A stretch of DNA of 64,000 nucleotides, from NCBI GenBank assembly GCA_043809585.1, contig JBDROZ010000053.1, positions 1 through 64,000 of the forward strand. The letters are read 5' to 3'. The notes under the pieces are model-generated. The model saw only the letters and a list, made by a program, of their open reading frames with translations, was not told the DNA's origin and ran no database searches. The translations under genes and the position numbers were made by a program. Source of the DNA: Candidatus Eiseniibacteriota bacterium. GTDB taxonomy: Bacteria > Orphanbacterota > Orphanbacteria > Orphanbacterales > Orphanbacteraceae. Below are positions 29,904 through 41,406 of this stretch, in pieces. How positions within the stretch are numbered: position 1 is the stretch's first letter; every line of letters begins with the position of its first letter.

Positions 29904-30494
29904 ATGGAATCCTCGCCGGATGTCCGAATCCTGGTCGAGCGGGCCCGAGAGGGGGACGAGGAAGCCTTCCGGCTCCTGCTCCGCCGGTTCCAAGGGGACG
30001 TGATGGCCCTGGCGTGGCGCATTCTTCGGAACCGGGACGACGCCGAAGACGCGGCCCAGGAGGTCTTCATACGCCTCCACCGGTCCCTCGGCCAGTACGA
30101 CCCGAACCGGGCCTTTCGCAGCTGGCTCCTCAGGATCACCCACAACCTCTGCATCGACCATCTCCGGAGGAAGAAGCCGGCCACCATCTCCCTCGACGAG
30201 CCGATCCGTCACGGCGACGGGGAAATGGACCGGGACCTGCCCGATCCCGACGCGAAAGACCCCTTGGAGATCCTCGTCGAGAAGGAAGAGAAGACATTGA
30301 TCGAGGAGGCCATCGCGGGCCTCGGCCCGACGCTCCGTTCGGCGATCACGCTCCGCCATGTCCAAGGCCTCCGCTACGAGGAGATCGCCGAGATTCTGGA
30401 AGTTCCCCTCGGCACCGTGAAGGTGAGGATCTTCCGGGCCCGGGCGGCGATGGCCGAGATTCTGGAACGGAAGCTCCGGGGAGATTCGTCATGA
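29904..30494 (+). CDS. ECF RNA polymerase sigma factor (SigW/RpoE-like)
   Basis: DAEDAAQEVF, FRSWLLRITHNLCIDHLR, YEEIAEILEVPLGTVKVRIFRAR. Confidence 0.92.
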   Translation: MESSPDVRILVERAREGDEEAFRLLLRRFQGDVMALAWRILRNRDDAEDAAQEVFIRLHRSLGQYDPNRAFRSWLLRITHNLCIDHLRRKKPATISLDEPIRHGDGEMDRDLPDPDAKDPLEILVEKEEKTLIEEAIAGLGPTLRSAITLRHVQGLRYEEIAEILEVPLGTVKVRIFRARAAMAEILERKLRGDSS

Positions 30495-31557
30495 GCCGCT
30501 CCCTCCGTTTCGCGATCGCCGCTCTCGTGATCGCCGCGCCGGCGGGGGTCGAGACGCGGGAGTGGAACGAGTCCGCCCCGTTCCGGGCGCCCCGGCGCCT
30601 CGAGATCGTCCTCCCCCGGGGATCGGTTACCGTCGACGGCGAGCCGGGGGGGACGGTCCTTTCGGTCCGGGCGAAGGGCTCGGTGGAGGGGACGGACGGG
30701 AGGGGGGCGGAGGCGATTCTGGGCGCCATGGGAGTGACGCTCGAGGAAGGGGAGGGGGTGACCCGTCTCGATGCCCGGCTTCCGGAGGACCCGAAGAGCG
30801 ATGATCGTTCCTTCTTCGCGCGACTCTTCGACCGGGGGCGCCCCCCGCGGAGCCGGATAGACATGGATATTTTGGTCCCGTCCGGATCGTCGATCGAGGT
30901 GCGGGTCGGAGGGGCGGACGTGACGATCCGCCGGATCCGGGGGGAAGTGTCGGTGACGGGCGAGCGGGGGGACATCATGTCTCCGGCGTCGGCGGGAATC
31001 TTCGGGTCGCCGTGGATCGGGGGAGTCTGTCGATCGGGGATGTCGCCGGAGATGCGGACCTCCACACCGCCCGGGGGGAGATCGAGGCGAGGCGGATCGG
31101 CGGCTCCCTACGGGCGCGGGGGAGCCGGAGCCCGATTTACGTATACGACATCGGAGGGAGAGGGGAACTCAGCACCGTGTCGGGGGATGTGCTCGTGGAG
31201 GAATGCGCGGGGAACCTCCAGGTGAAGGTGGTCGGGGGAAACGTCGACGTGATCCGTGCGGGGGCCGATCTCTTTGTTTCCGCCCGCCGGGGGAACATCA
31301 TGGTGCGGGTGGGCGAATCGCCCCCGGGAATCCGGTACGAGCTGGTCTCCGACCGGGGGGACATCGACCTGGCCCTGCCGGGAGATTGGGGGGTCCGGAT
31401 CGATGGGTTCACCGGGTCCGGTACGATTCAATGCTTCTTACCTATTGTCATTGAAGAAATTGCGAGAAATCGACTGGCCGGAATCGCGGGGGAGGGGGGC
31501 TCGGAGGTCCGGCTCGACTCTCGAACCGGAGATATCCGCGTTTCCCGGACCGACTGA
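30491..31557 (+). pseudogene. DUF4097-like beta-repeat protein, frameshifted near 30977
   Basis: N-terminal half in the frame of ATG 30491, C-terminal half in the frame of 31012-31557; one base missing at GAC ATC (x)AT GTC TCC. Confidence 0.72.
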
Positions 31558-31560
31558 AAC

Positions 31561-31586
31561 GAAACCCGGGAAGGGCCCTTTGCGTA
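31561..31586 (+). promoter_or_regulatory. Possible ECF promoter GAAAC-N17-CGTA
   Basis: In the short gap before the anti-sigma gene. Confidence 0.4.
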
Positions 31587-31620
31587 GGGAGATCCAGAAA
31601 GGCAATCGGGGGCACCGCAC

Positions 31621-32250
31621 ATGAAACCGCATTGGAACGACGACGAGATCCAGGCTTACTTGGAAGAGGGGAGCGCGGATGGCGCGCGGCGGGCCCACCT
31701 CGAGAGCTGCCCCCGCTGCTCGGCGCGCCTCGAACGGTTTCGTTCCCTCTTTTCTCTTCTGGAGGGCTTCGAGTTTCCCGCCCCCTCCGCCGCTTTCGAG
31801 CGGGCGGTGATGGAACGGCTCTTCCCGAGCCGCGCCCCGGCAAGGACCCACGTCCGCCGGGCCCCGGTTCCCCGGTGGGCCCGCGCCCTGGCGCCGGCGA
31901 TGCTCCTGGCCGGATCGGCGGTCTTTTACTCGTTTCTCCGTCTCGCCGGCGTTCTGGGGGACAACCTGGTCCGCTGGGCGCTGCAGAGCGAGCCCGGGCT
32001 CCTCTCGTTCGGGGCCCGCAAGTTGACTTTGCTCCTCCCCGTCCTCTCGCGCATGATCGACGGACTCGTCGAATTCGTGTCCGTGGCCGTTCCGGTCGGG
32101 CGCGCGATGCTCCTGGTGGGGCACACCGCGGAGGCCCGCGTGATGATCGTCGCGTCGGCGGGGCTCCTCGTCCTGTTCGCCTTGGGCTGGGGGACGCGGA
32201 TCTTCCGCTCCCGAATCAAGGGAGGGCACCATGTCCTGCTTCTCTGGTAG
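31621..32250 (+). CDS. Zinc-finger anti-sigma factor, membrane-anchored
   Basis: HLESCPRC (HxxxCxxC) motif; TM segments; in the ECF operon. Confidence 0.85.
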   Translation: MKPHWNDDEIQAYLEEGSADGARRAHLESCPRCSARLERFRSLFSLLEGFEFPAPSAAFERAVMERLFPSRAPARTHVRRAPVPRWARALAPAMLLAGSAVFYSFLRLAGVLGDNLVRWALQSEPGLLSFGARKLTLLLPVLSRMIDGLVEFVSVAVPVGRAMLLVGHTAEARVMIVASAGLLVLFALGWGTRIFRSRIKGGHHVLLLW

Positions 32251-33412
32251 TCGTGGTCGAAGCGCTCACGCACTCCTTCTGCTCGGCGGGCTGATCGCCC
32301 TCCTCTCCGGTCCCGTTTCAGCGCGGGTCGCCTACGCCGAAGAGGAAGGGGGTGGGGCGGACACGACGGCCCTTTCGGCCGAGGGGGCGATCGGCGTGGT
32401 CGACACCGTGATCGAGGCGGCCGGCGGCCGGGTGCGGGTGAACATCGAGAGGACCTCCGCCGACCTGGTCCGCATGGGCGAGTCCATGGTGATCGAAGCG
32501 GACCAACTCGTGAAGGGGGACGCCGTAGTCATCGGAGGGAACATGGACGTCTACGGCCAGGTGAACGGGGACGCCGTGGTCATCGGGGGCACCCTGGACG
32601 TCTACGGCCAGGTCAGCGGGGACGCCGTGGTCATCGGGGGAACGCTTCATCTCTACCCGACGGCTGTCGTGCAGGGCGACGCGGTCAGTTTCGGTGGAGT
32701 CGTCGTCGAAGACGAAGGCGCCGAAGTGAACGGGGAGAAATTCTCTTTCGGGATAGGTGCTTTCCCGAGCTTCTCCCGAATAATCGGCACGGAGGATCCC
32801 GGCAAGAACTGCGGTTTTTGGTGCACTTCCGTCGGTAAGGCGGCGGCTATGCTGGTCTTCCTGGCCGGCACGCTCTTCTTGATTCTGATCTCCGTCGAGT
32901 TGTTCACCACACCGACGGAACGGGTTGCCACCCAGGTGCAGGAGGACTACCTGCGGGCAGGTCTTGCAGGCCTTCTGGTGTTCATTCTCACTCTCCCGGC
33001 GCTGCTTGTCCTCGGCATCAGCATCGTCGGCCTTCTACTCTATCCGTTTCTTTTCCTGCTCATGATCGTCGCCCCGCTCTGGGGATTCGTTGTGGTCTCG
33101 CTCGTCCTCGGCCGGACCTGGGCGGCGAAGATCCTGCCCAGCCTGAGGGACCGTTGGGTGAGGGCGCTCATCGGAGCTGTGCTTCTTTTCCTGCCGATCG
33201 TGCTCGGCTCCGTTCTCATCGGGATGGGACCGTTCAAGTTCTTCGGTTGGTCTCTCCTGATCGCCGCGATGGTGATCCACTTCCTGGTCTTCCTCGTCGG
33301 GATCGGGGCGGTGTTCATGACCCGGTTCGGCCGCCGGGGGGACGACGGCACGACGGCGGCGGATGCGGATCTTCCGCCGACACTCCCGGTGGATCCCGCC
33401 GCGGCGCACTAA
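32231..33412 (+). CDS. Bactofilin-like beta-repeat domain plus multi-pass membrane protein
   Basis: 17-aa tandem repeats GDAVVIGG.(M/L)DVYGQV; several C-terminal TM helices. Confidence 0.75.
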   Translation: MSCFSGSRGRSAHALLLLGGLIALLSGPVSARVAYAEEEGGGADTTALSAEGAIGVVDTVIEAAGGRVRVNIERTSADLVRMGESMVIEADQLVKGDAVVIGGNMDVYGQVNGDAVVIGGTLDVYGQVSGDAVVIGGTLHLYPTAVVQGDAVSFGGVVVEDEGAEVNGEKFSFGIGAFPSFSRIIGTEDPGKNCGFWCTSVGKAAAMLVFLAGTLFLILISVELFTTPTERVATQVQEDYLRAGLAGLLVFILTLPALLVLGISIVGLLLYPFLFLLMIVAPLWGFVVVSLVLGRTWAAKILPSLRDRWVRALIGAVLLFLPIVLGSVLIGMGPFKFFGWSLLIAAMVIHFLVFLVGIGAVFMTRFGRRGDDGTTAADADLPPTLPVDPAAAH

Positions 33413-33537
33413 CCGCCGGGCGGGGAGACGAGATTCGACGACGGAAAGAGGCGGACCCTCGGGCCCGCCCCTTTCGTTTTCACGAAGATCACGAAGGGAG
33501 AGGGAATAACCGCCGCGAGGACGAGGATCGTATCGTT

Positions 33538-34194
33538 CTACTCGAGTGACTCGGGGCGGAAGGTGACGCTCCTCGCCTCGATCGATTCCTCACCGAGTCC
33601 GGCGAGTCCGGCGACGAATCCGAAGACCCTCTCCGGCATGCCGAGAATCCCCCCGCCCGGGTCCGATTCCTCTTCGCCGGGTATCTTCCCCTCGAGCCAC
33701 GCCTCGATCTCCCGGATCTGCTCGAGTTCGAGCGGTTTTACCCGGGCCCGAGCCGAGAAGTAGTGGGCCTGCCGGCCGTCCACGCGGTCCAGCGGGGCTA
33801 CCCGGACCGCCCCCGGCCGGAGGGTCAGGTCCTCGAGCGCCTCCGTCGTCCGCACTTCCCAGAACCCCCCGTCGGCGCTCCGCACCCGATAGACTCCGGA
33901 GAGAACGTCTCGCTCGATTCGGAAGACCAGATAGCGCGTCCTCTCGAGCCGGTCGAACCACCGGGACCGGGAGCGCCAAAGCTCCAGCGCATAGGTCACA
34001 GTCGTCGGAAGTCCCCGTTCCAAGCTTTCACCGACCTTTCCGGAAAACCCGTCTTCGAGACGGAGATCCAATTCGATCCAGCCCTCCCGGGCCCGGATGT
34101 TCTCGAACGAAAGAGACCGATCCGCCCGGGCGGGCGCCGGCGCCGTGAGCGCCATCGCGACGAGCCCGGCGAAGACCATGCGCGCAAGGGGCAA
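33538..34194 (-). CDS. DUF4390-like exported protein
   Basis: SLERGLPTTVTYALELWRSRSRWFD pattern; neighbours NtrY/NtrX-like genes. Confidence 0.7.
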   Translation of the reverse strand: MPLARMVFAGLVAMALTAPAPARADRSLSFENIRAREGWIELDLRLEDGFSGKVGESLERGLPTTVTYALELWRSRSRWFDRLERTRYLVFRIERDVLSGVYRVRSADGGFWEVRTTEALEDLTLRPGAVRVAPLDRVDGRQAHYFSARARVKPLELEQIREIEAWLEGKIPGEEESDPGGGILGMPERVFGFVAGLAGLGEESIEARSVTFRPESLE

Positions 34195-34255
34195 GGGGAT
34201 CGCCTCCTGTTTATTCCGAACTAGCCGGGACTCGGTACGACACTCCGAGTCACGG

Positions 34256-35893
34256 CTAAAACATGCGCGCGAACCGGACCGTCACGACCAGATCGTCGTC
34301 GCCCGGTCCGAGCCGGCGGGCGAGATCGACCCGAACATCGGCCTCCTCGCCGAGAACGCTGATGCCCATGTCCGACTCGAGATCGAAATCCCGCCGTTCC
34401 TCCGTATCCCACGCGTCGCCCAGATCGGCGAAGAACGCGCATTGCAGGTCGCCCCAGACGGACGCCCGGTATTCGATGTTGGCGAGGAAGAACCGGTTCC
34501 CCACCAGCTCCTTGAATTCGTGGGCCCGGAGCGTCCCGACACCGCCGAGAAAGAAGCGCTCCTGCCGGGGGGCCGTGGCCTGGATCGCGCCCCCCATCAC
34601 CCGGAAATCGAAATGCACCCGGGAGGTCAATTTGTGATAGTGACGGAAGTCGGCGACTCCCTTCCAGTAGTCGTAGTCGCCGCCCAGCTCCCAGCCGGAG
34701 TAGTCCCCGCGGAAGTCGGCGTACCAACCCATGGTCGGGGTCTCTTCGTAGTTCCGGTTGTCGAAGGTGTACCGGCCCTCCAGACGCTTCGTCTCCCCCC
34801 GGACGCCGGTCGAGTCGGCGAACAGGTTTTCCCGGAACGTCTTCTCCCCTCCGAAGACGGACCAGTCCGTCACCTTCGCCATCGGGTCGTCCTGCCGCTC
34901 CCCGTAGCCCGCGGAGAGGGTGTGGTGCCCCATCGACTCCACGACGCGCGCGGTCCACCCCCGGGACCAGACGTAGTCGTAGAAATCCTCCTTGATGAGA
35001 AGGGCGGCGGCGAAGTTCTCCTGGGGCGTGACGGTCCACTGGAGGGGGATTCGCGTCTTGTCGTAGCCCTCCACCTCGAGTGAGAGGCCGGGCGTCGGAG
35101 TGAGCGGCACGGCGAGGGTCGCTTCCCACGACCAGCGCTCGACCTCGATGGAATAGCTCTGAGACCATTCGAGGCGGGCGGTCCGCCGGATGCCGTGTTC
35201 GAGTCCGAGCCGGTAGGTCAGGCGCAGCCCCTCCACTCGGTTGTAGGCGGCGCCGAGACCGGCCCGGAAGTCGTCTTCCCTCTCCTCCTCGACATACCAG
35301 CCGATCTCACGGTCCCCCATCTCGAGGACATAGACTTTCCGCCGCTCCCCCGTCAGACGCTCCTCTCTCTCCGGTTCCTCGAACCAGTGGTCGTCTCCCT
35401 CGAGACGGTAACGGATGCGGAAACGATGCTCCCCCTTGCCGAGCCGCCCGACGACCACCCACCCCTCCTCCTCCCGGTCCATGAGCCGGAGCTTCCACCC
35501 GGTGAAGGTGCCCTCGAGATAGACCTCCGCCGCGTCGGGTTGGTGGAAGCGGATGTACACCCCTTCTTCGAGCCGGTCGATGTCGACCCGTCCGATCCGG
35601 TAGTCGTCCCCCTCCCGCCGGGGGAGGGGAGAGAGAGTCTCTCCCACGGCGACCGCGAGCACCCGCTCCTCGTCGTCCACAATCAGGATGATCCGGCCGT
35701 CCCGGACGAACCAGTCGCCCCGCCGGAGGTACCCCGCCTCCTCTTCGTCCAGAAGGAAGGTGTGGCCGCCTGCGCGGAGCAGAACGCCGTCGTCGGTGAT
35801 CTGGATCTCGTCGATGCGCTTCCGAACCTCGCCCGAGGCGAGGGCGGGGACGAGGGCGGCGAGGATCGCGAGGCGGACCAGGCGCCAAGTCAT
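34256..35893 (-). CDS. Omp85/BamA-TamA-like barrel with CBM48/AMPK-like glycogen-binding domain
   Basis: YNRVEG, RFFLGGVGTLRAH, FFADLGDAW, C-terminal F; EVYLEGTFTGW...LGKGEHRFR. Confidence 0.75.
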   Translation of the reverse strand: MTWRLVRLAILAALVPALASGEVRKRIDEIQITDDGVLLRAGGHTFLLDEEEAGYLRRGDWFVRDGRIILIVDDEERVLAVAVGETLSPLPRREGDDYRIGRVDIDRLEEGVYIRFHQPDAAEVYLEGTFTGWKLRLMDREEEGWVVVGRLGKGEHRFRIRYRLEGDDHWFEEPEREERLTGERRKVYVLEMGDREIGWYVEEEREDDFRAGLGAAYNRVEGLRLTYRLGLEHGIRRTARLEWSQSYSIEVERWSWEATLAVPLTPTPGLSLEVEGYDKTRIPLQWTVTPQENFAAALLIKEDFYDYVWSRGWTARVVESMGHHTLSAGYGERQDDPMAKVTDWSVFGGEKTFRENLFADSTGVRGETKRLEGRYTFDNRNYEETPTMGWYADFRGDYSGWELGGDYDYWKGVADFRHYHKLTSRVHFDFRVMGGAIQATAPRQERFFLGGVGTLRAHEFKELVGNRFFLANIEYRASVWGDLQCAFFADLGDAWDTEERRDFDLESDMGISVLGEEADVRVDLARRLGPGDDDLVVTVRFARMF

Positions 35894-36061
35894 GGCCTCT
35901 CCTTTCTCCCGTGGGCCGCACCGAGAGAACGCAAGGCCCGTGCCGGAGTGGGGAGGAGGGGGGGACAATCTATCTTCTTCGATTTCAATGGATTCAGATG
36001 AGGCCCCCCACGGCCCGCCGACAGGCCGTGACGGTTCGACACGCCCCCGCGGGTCAGGGTG

Positions 36062-37429
<1,368 letters not shown>

Positions 37430-37483
37430 GGGCGGTTCCTCCTTCGACCGGGTCATTGTAAATGCCCGGACGGGGGCGCGCAA

Positions 37484-39016
37484 CTACGGGGCGGCGGGGA
37501 GCAGGATCCGGAAGACGGTCCCCCGCGGTTCATTCGCCTCCACCGTGATCGTCCCCCCGTGATCGTGGATGATGCGCTCCACGAGGGCCAGGCCGAGGCC
37601 GGACCCGCTCGCCTTGGTCGTGAAGTAGGGGGAGAAGATCCGGTCCCGGGTTTTTGGGTCGATTCCCGGGCCGTTGTCGGCGACGCGGATCTCCACGCCC
37701 TCCCCGGCGGGGATCGCGGAGAGAAGGAGTTCGCCCCCCTCCGCCATCGCTTCGGCGGCGTTCTTCACGAGGTTCGAAAAGGCGCGCCAGAGAAGCTCCC
37801 GGTCCCCCCGCGCGGCGGGCGTGTCTTCGCGGACGTCGATGCGGACCCGGAGCCCGGTCCCCTCCCGGTAGAGGGCGGTCACCTTCTCGAAGAGGTCCCG
37901 GAGATCGACGGGGGCCGAGGCCGGCGCGGGGAGTCTCGAGAACTGGGAGAACTGGTCGGCCAGGGAGACCAGGTTTCCCGTCTCCTCCAGAATCGGTTCG
38001 AGCAGTTCTTCGAAGGCGCGCCGTTCCTTCTCGGGCAGCTTCTCCGTCCGCTTCTTCAGCCGGTGGAGGGAGAGGGTGATCGGCGTGAGCGGATTCTTGA
38101 TCTCGTGGGCGATCCGCCGCGCCGCCTCCGCCCATGTGGCGACGCGCTCCGCCCGGACGAGCCTCTCCCGGCTGGCATGGAGATCGCGGATCATCTCGTT
38201 GAAGGCGTTCACCAAGGCGCCGATCTCGTCGGGGCCGGGGGGTTCGACGCGCACCGTGAGGTCCCCCTCTCTCACCCGGCGCGTCCCGGCCACGAGGGAC
38301 TGGATCGGCCGGCTGAGGGAGCGGGAGAGGAACCGGGCGACGACGAAGGCGAGGAGCCCGGCGGCGATCAGGATGATGCCGATCTGGGCGCCGACTCTCG
38401 CCTTCGCGTAGCGCTCGTAGACGCCGAGCCTTTGATAGAAGCGGACGCCGTCCCTGATCGCCGCGAGGCGGGTTCCGTACTCCTCCGGGAGGAGGACACC
38501 CCCCGTGCCGGCGAGATACCGGCCGTCATCCAGAAGAACCGAACCGTGGGCGACGGCGAGCCGGGGGTCGGTCCCCTCGGCGAAAATGCCGGGAAGACGA
38601 ACGGTTTCGGGTACGCCCCTCTTCCGGATCGACGCGATTCGCTCGGCCCCTTGCCCGTCGGGACGGTCCCCGAGGGCGAGGTTCAGCAGATCGAGGCCGC
38701 CCGCCGAGCGGCGCGCCGCCCGCTCGATCTCTTCGGACGACAGGGAGGAGAGATCCTCCTCGGCCACCCGCGCGAGGGCCTCCTCGAGGGCTTCTTTCGT
38801 TCGCTCCCCTTCGGCGGAGACGGCCGCCGTCGCGAAATCGAGCGACTCCCGGAGAGCCCGCTCCACGCCGGGGTTCTCCCAGAAATCGATCAGCCGCTCG
38901 ATGCGGTCCTTTTGCGTCGCGACGAGGACGATCGTCGGGAGAAGCGCGAGGGCGAGAAACGCGACGAGCAGTTTCTTCTCGAAGGTGAGCCGTCGCCAGA
39001 GGGGGGGGGCGTTCAC
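37484..39016 (-). CDS. NtrY-like HAMP sensor histidine kinase
   Basis: ARRIAHEIKNPLTPI, NLVKNA, DNGPGI, GSGLGL. Confidence 0.92.
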   Translation of the reverse strand: MNAPPLWRRLTFEKKLLVAFLALALLPTIVLVATQKDRIERLIDFWENPGVERALRESLDFATAAVSAEGERTKEALEEALARVAEEDLSSLSSEEIERAARRSAGGLDLLNLALGDRPDGQGAERIASIRKRGVPETVRLPGIFAEGTDPRLAVAHGSVLLDDGRYLAGTGGVLLPEEYGTRLAAIRDGVRFYQRLGVYERYAKARVGAQIGIILIAAGLLAFVVARFLSRSLSRPIQSLVAGTRRVREGDLTVRVEPPGPDEIGALVNAFNEMIRDLHASRERLVRAERVATWAEAARRIAHEIKNPLTPITLSLHRLKKRTEKLPEKERRAFEELLEPILEETGNLVSLADQFSQFSRLPAPASAPVDLRDLFEKVTALYREGTGLRVRIDVREDTPAARGDRELLWRAFSNLVKNAAEAMAEGGELLLSAIPAGEGVEIRVADNGPGIDPKTRDRIFSPYFTTKASGSGLGLALVERIIHDHGGTITVEANEPRGTVFRILLPAAP

Positions 39017-40059
39017 CTGGTCCCCTCCTTTCCGGGCCTTCCCGCGCGGAGCCTGAGCTGACCGCACGCGGCGTCGATCCGGCGGCCCGCGCTCCGGCGG
39101 ACCGTGACGGTGAGGCGGCGGGCGAGAATCTCGAGGAACCGGTCGATCCTCGCTTCCCCGGGCGGCCGGTAGGGAAGACCCTCCACGGTGTTAAAGGGGA
39201 TCAGGTTCACCTTGCACCGGAGGGGGGCGAGGCGGCGCGCGAGGAGCCCGGCGTCGTCGTCCGAGTCGTTCACGCCGGCGAGGAGGGGGATCTCGAAAGT
39301 GACCGGCGCGCCGCTCCGCTCGGCGAAGCGGCCGGCGGCGGCGAGGAGATCGCCGACCGGATACCGCCGGGCGATCGGCATCAGGCGGGTCCGTTTCTCG
39401 TCCTCCGCGGCGGCGAGGGAGACGGCGAGCCGGACGCCGAGGTCCTCCGAGGCGAGACGGTCGATGAGGGGGACGAGGCCGACGGTGGAGACCGTGACGC
39501 GCCGCGGCGGGAGGGCGGCGCCCTCCGGGTGGGTGAGGAGACGGATGCTCCGCACCACGGCTCGGTAGTTGGCGAGGGGCTCGCCCATGCCCATGTAGAC
39601 GATCCTCTTCGCCGGACGGTCCGTGCCGAGAACCTGCCCCACGATCTCATCGGCCCGGAGGGAGCGGAGAAACCCGCCGAGAGGGGTCGCGCAGAAGACG
39701 CAGTCGTACCGGCAGCCCGACTGGGAGGAGACGCAGACCGTCGGCCCGTCCTCCGCCGGAATTTCGACCGTCTCGAACTCGGCCCCCCCCTCGCCCCGGT
39801 AGAGAAACTTCCGCGCCCCATCGGGATCGAGATCGGAGAGGGCGACCAACTCCGGAGCGCCCACGTCGAAACGCCCCCCGAGGACCGAGCGGAGATCGAT
39901 CGGGAGGTTCGTCATCTCGTCGAAGCTCCGGGCCCGCTGCTTATGAATCCACCGGAACAGCTGGTCCGCCCGATACCGGGGCGCGCCGAGGGGCGCGAGG
40001 AGCTCCGCGATCTCCTCGGGGAAGAGGCCGGCCAGTCTCGTCCGCTCCGTCCCTGCCAC
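39013..40059 (-). CDS. rlmN: 23S rRNA m2A2503 methyltransferase RlmN
   Basis: CVSSQSGCRYDCVFC radical SAM motif, MGMGEPL, IDAACGQL. Confidence 0.93.
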   Translation of the reverse strand: MAGTERTRLAGLFPEEIAELLAPLGAPRYRADQLFRWIHKQRARSFDEMTNLPIDLRSVLGGRFDVGAPELVALSDLDPDGARKFLYRGEGGAEFETVEIPAEDGPTVCVSSQSGCRYDCVFCATPLGGFLRSLRADEIVGQVLGTDRPAKRIVYMGMGEPLANYRAVVRSIRLLTHPEGAALPPRRVTVSTVGLVPLIDRLASEDLGVRLAVSLAAAEDEKRTRLMPIARRYPVGDLLAAAGRFAERSGAPVTFEIPLLAGVNDSDDDAGLLARRLAPLRCKVNLIPFNTVEGLPYRPPGEARIDRFLEILARRLTVTVRRSAGRRIDAACGQLRLRAGRPGKEGTR

Positions 40060-40208
40060 TGCTCGCTCCTTCGCCCGGACCCGCCGGGCTCTCTCGCATC
40101 ATACATTCCCCCCCGCCCCGGTGACAGTCACTATCGGCCCATCGGCGTGTTCTCCCTTGTGCGGGCCGCCGGGGTTTCGTACTCCTCAGGGAAAGGAGGA
40201 TCGGCGCC

Positions 40209-40919
40209 ATGTCGGACAAGAGACTCGAGGGAAAGAGGGCGGTCGTGACGGGGGCGTCCCGGGGGCTCGGGTGGTTCATCGCCCGGGAGCTCGCGGGAGC
40301 CGGGGCGCGGGTGATCGTCACCGGAAGGGACGCCGAGACCCTGGGAGACGGGGCGGCCCGGATCGGCGGAAACGTCACGGCGATGGTCTGCGATCATTCC
40401 GACGAATCGACGATCGAAGAGTTCGCGAAGCGGGTCGTCGGCGATGGCGGGGCGCCCGACATTCTCGTGAACAACGCGGGGGTCTTCCGGGGACGGGCCT
40501 CCGTGGCCGAGATGCCCACGGAGCTCTGGAAGAGCGTGATCGACACGAACCTTTCGGGCGTCTTCTTCACGACCCGCGCCTTCCTGCCCGCCATGATCGA
40601 CCGGGGGGCCGGGGGCGAGATCGTCATGATCGCGTCCACGAGCGGGCTTCGGGCGGATCCCGGAGCGGCGGCGTACAACGCGAGCAAGTTCGGGCTCCGG
40701 GGTTTTTCGGAGGCCCTGACGAAGGAAGTTCGATCCCACGACATCCGGGTGAACGTCCTTTGCCCGTCGTCGATCGACATGACCGACCCGCCGGCGGCGG
40801 AGGGGGGCAAGGGGGCGCGCCTCCACGCCGTCGACCTCGCCCGAACCGTGGTCCATCTCGTGACGCTCCCCGGGCGGACGCTGATCCGGGAGATGGAGAT
40901 CTGGGGAACCAACCCGTAG
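40209..40919 (+). CDS. SDR family oxidoreductase
   Basis: TGASRGLG, NNAG, YNASK. Confidence 0.92.
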   Translation: MSDKRLEGKRAVVTGASRGLGWFIARELAGAGARVIVTGRDAETLGDGAARIGGNVTAMVCDHSDESTIEEFAKRVVGDGGAPDILVNNAGVFRGRASVAEMPTELWKSVIDTNLSGVFFTTRAFLPAMIDRGAGGEIVMIASTSGLRADPGAAAYNASKFGLRGFSEALTKEVRSHDIRVNVLCPSSIDMTDPPAAEGGKGARLHAVDLARTVVHLVTLPGRTLIREMEIWGTNP

Positions 40920-40984
40920 CCGGGTCGCGGGTGGCGGCTGAACCTGTTTGGTGACAAAAAGTTGCCGCCCCCCCACATCCCCCG

Positions 40985-41020
40985 TTGACAGTCTCTCGAT
41001 GTGTACCCATAATGGGACAC
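40985..41020 (+). promoter_or_regulatory. sigma70 promoter TTGACA-N17-CATAAT with overlapping palindrome (putative ArsR operator)
   Basis: gtgt-a-cccat / atggg-acac spans the -10 box. Confidence 0.65.
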
Positions 41021-41041
41021 GTTCGAGAGAGGGAGGAGCCG

Positions 41042-41371
41042 GTGGATTTGCGGGAGATTTTCGAAGCCCTCGGAGATCCGCTCCGATTTCAGCTTCTCGA
41101 AGAGCTTCGCCGGGGCCCGAAGTACGTCACCGAGCTGGTGGAGGCGACGGGCGCGGCTCAGCCGAATGTCTCCCGGGGGCTGAAGGGCCTCCGCGATTCA
41201 GGCCTGATTGCGGGGACCCGGGAGGGAAAGTGGATCCGCTACCGGGTCCTCCCCGAGGCGCTGGCCGAGATTCGCCGCTGGTCGGGAGGGCGGGACCGGC
41301 CGCCGGCGGGGCCGGAGGCCCGGATCGAGAGGGGGAAGCGCCCCGGCCCGGACGACTACCTCTTCACCTGA
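41042..41371 (+). CDS. ArsR/SmtB family regulator
   Basis: FEALGDPLRFQLL...QPNVSRGLKGLRDSGLI...REGKWIRY; RBS ggagga. Confidence 0.88.
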   Translation: MDLREIFEALGDPLRFQLLEELRRGPKYVTELVEATGAAQPNVSRGLKGLRDSGLIAGTREGKWIRYRVLPEALAEIRRWSGGRDRPPAGPEARIERGKRPGPDDYLFT

Positions 41372-41406
41372 TCCAGGCGAGTCTCACTGATCGGGAGGAC
41401 CCGGCC

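Noticed and set aside
32514-32660. 51-bp tandem repeats
   Set aside because: Explained by the 17-aa beta-repeat of the encoded protein
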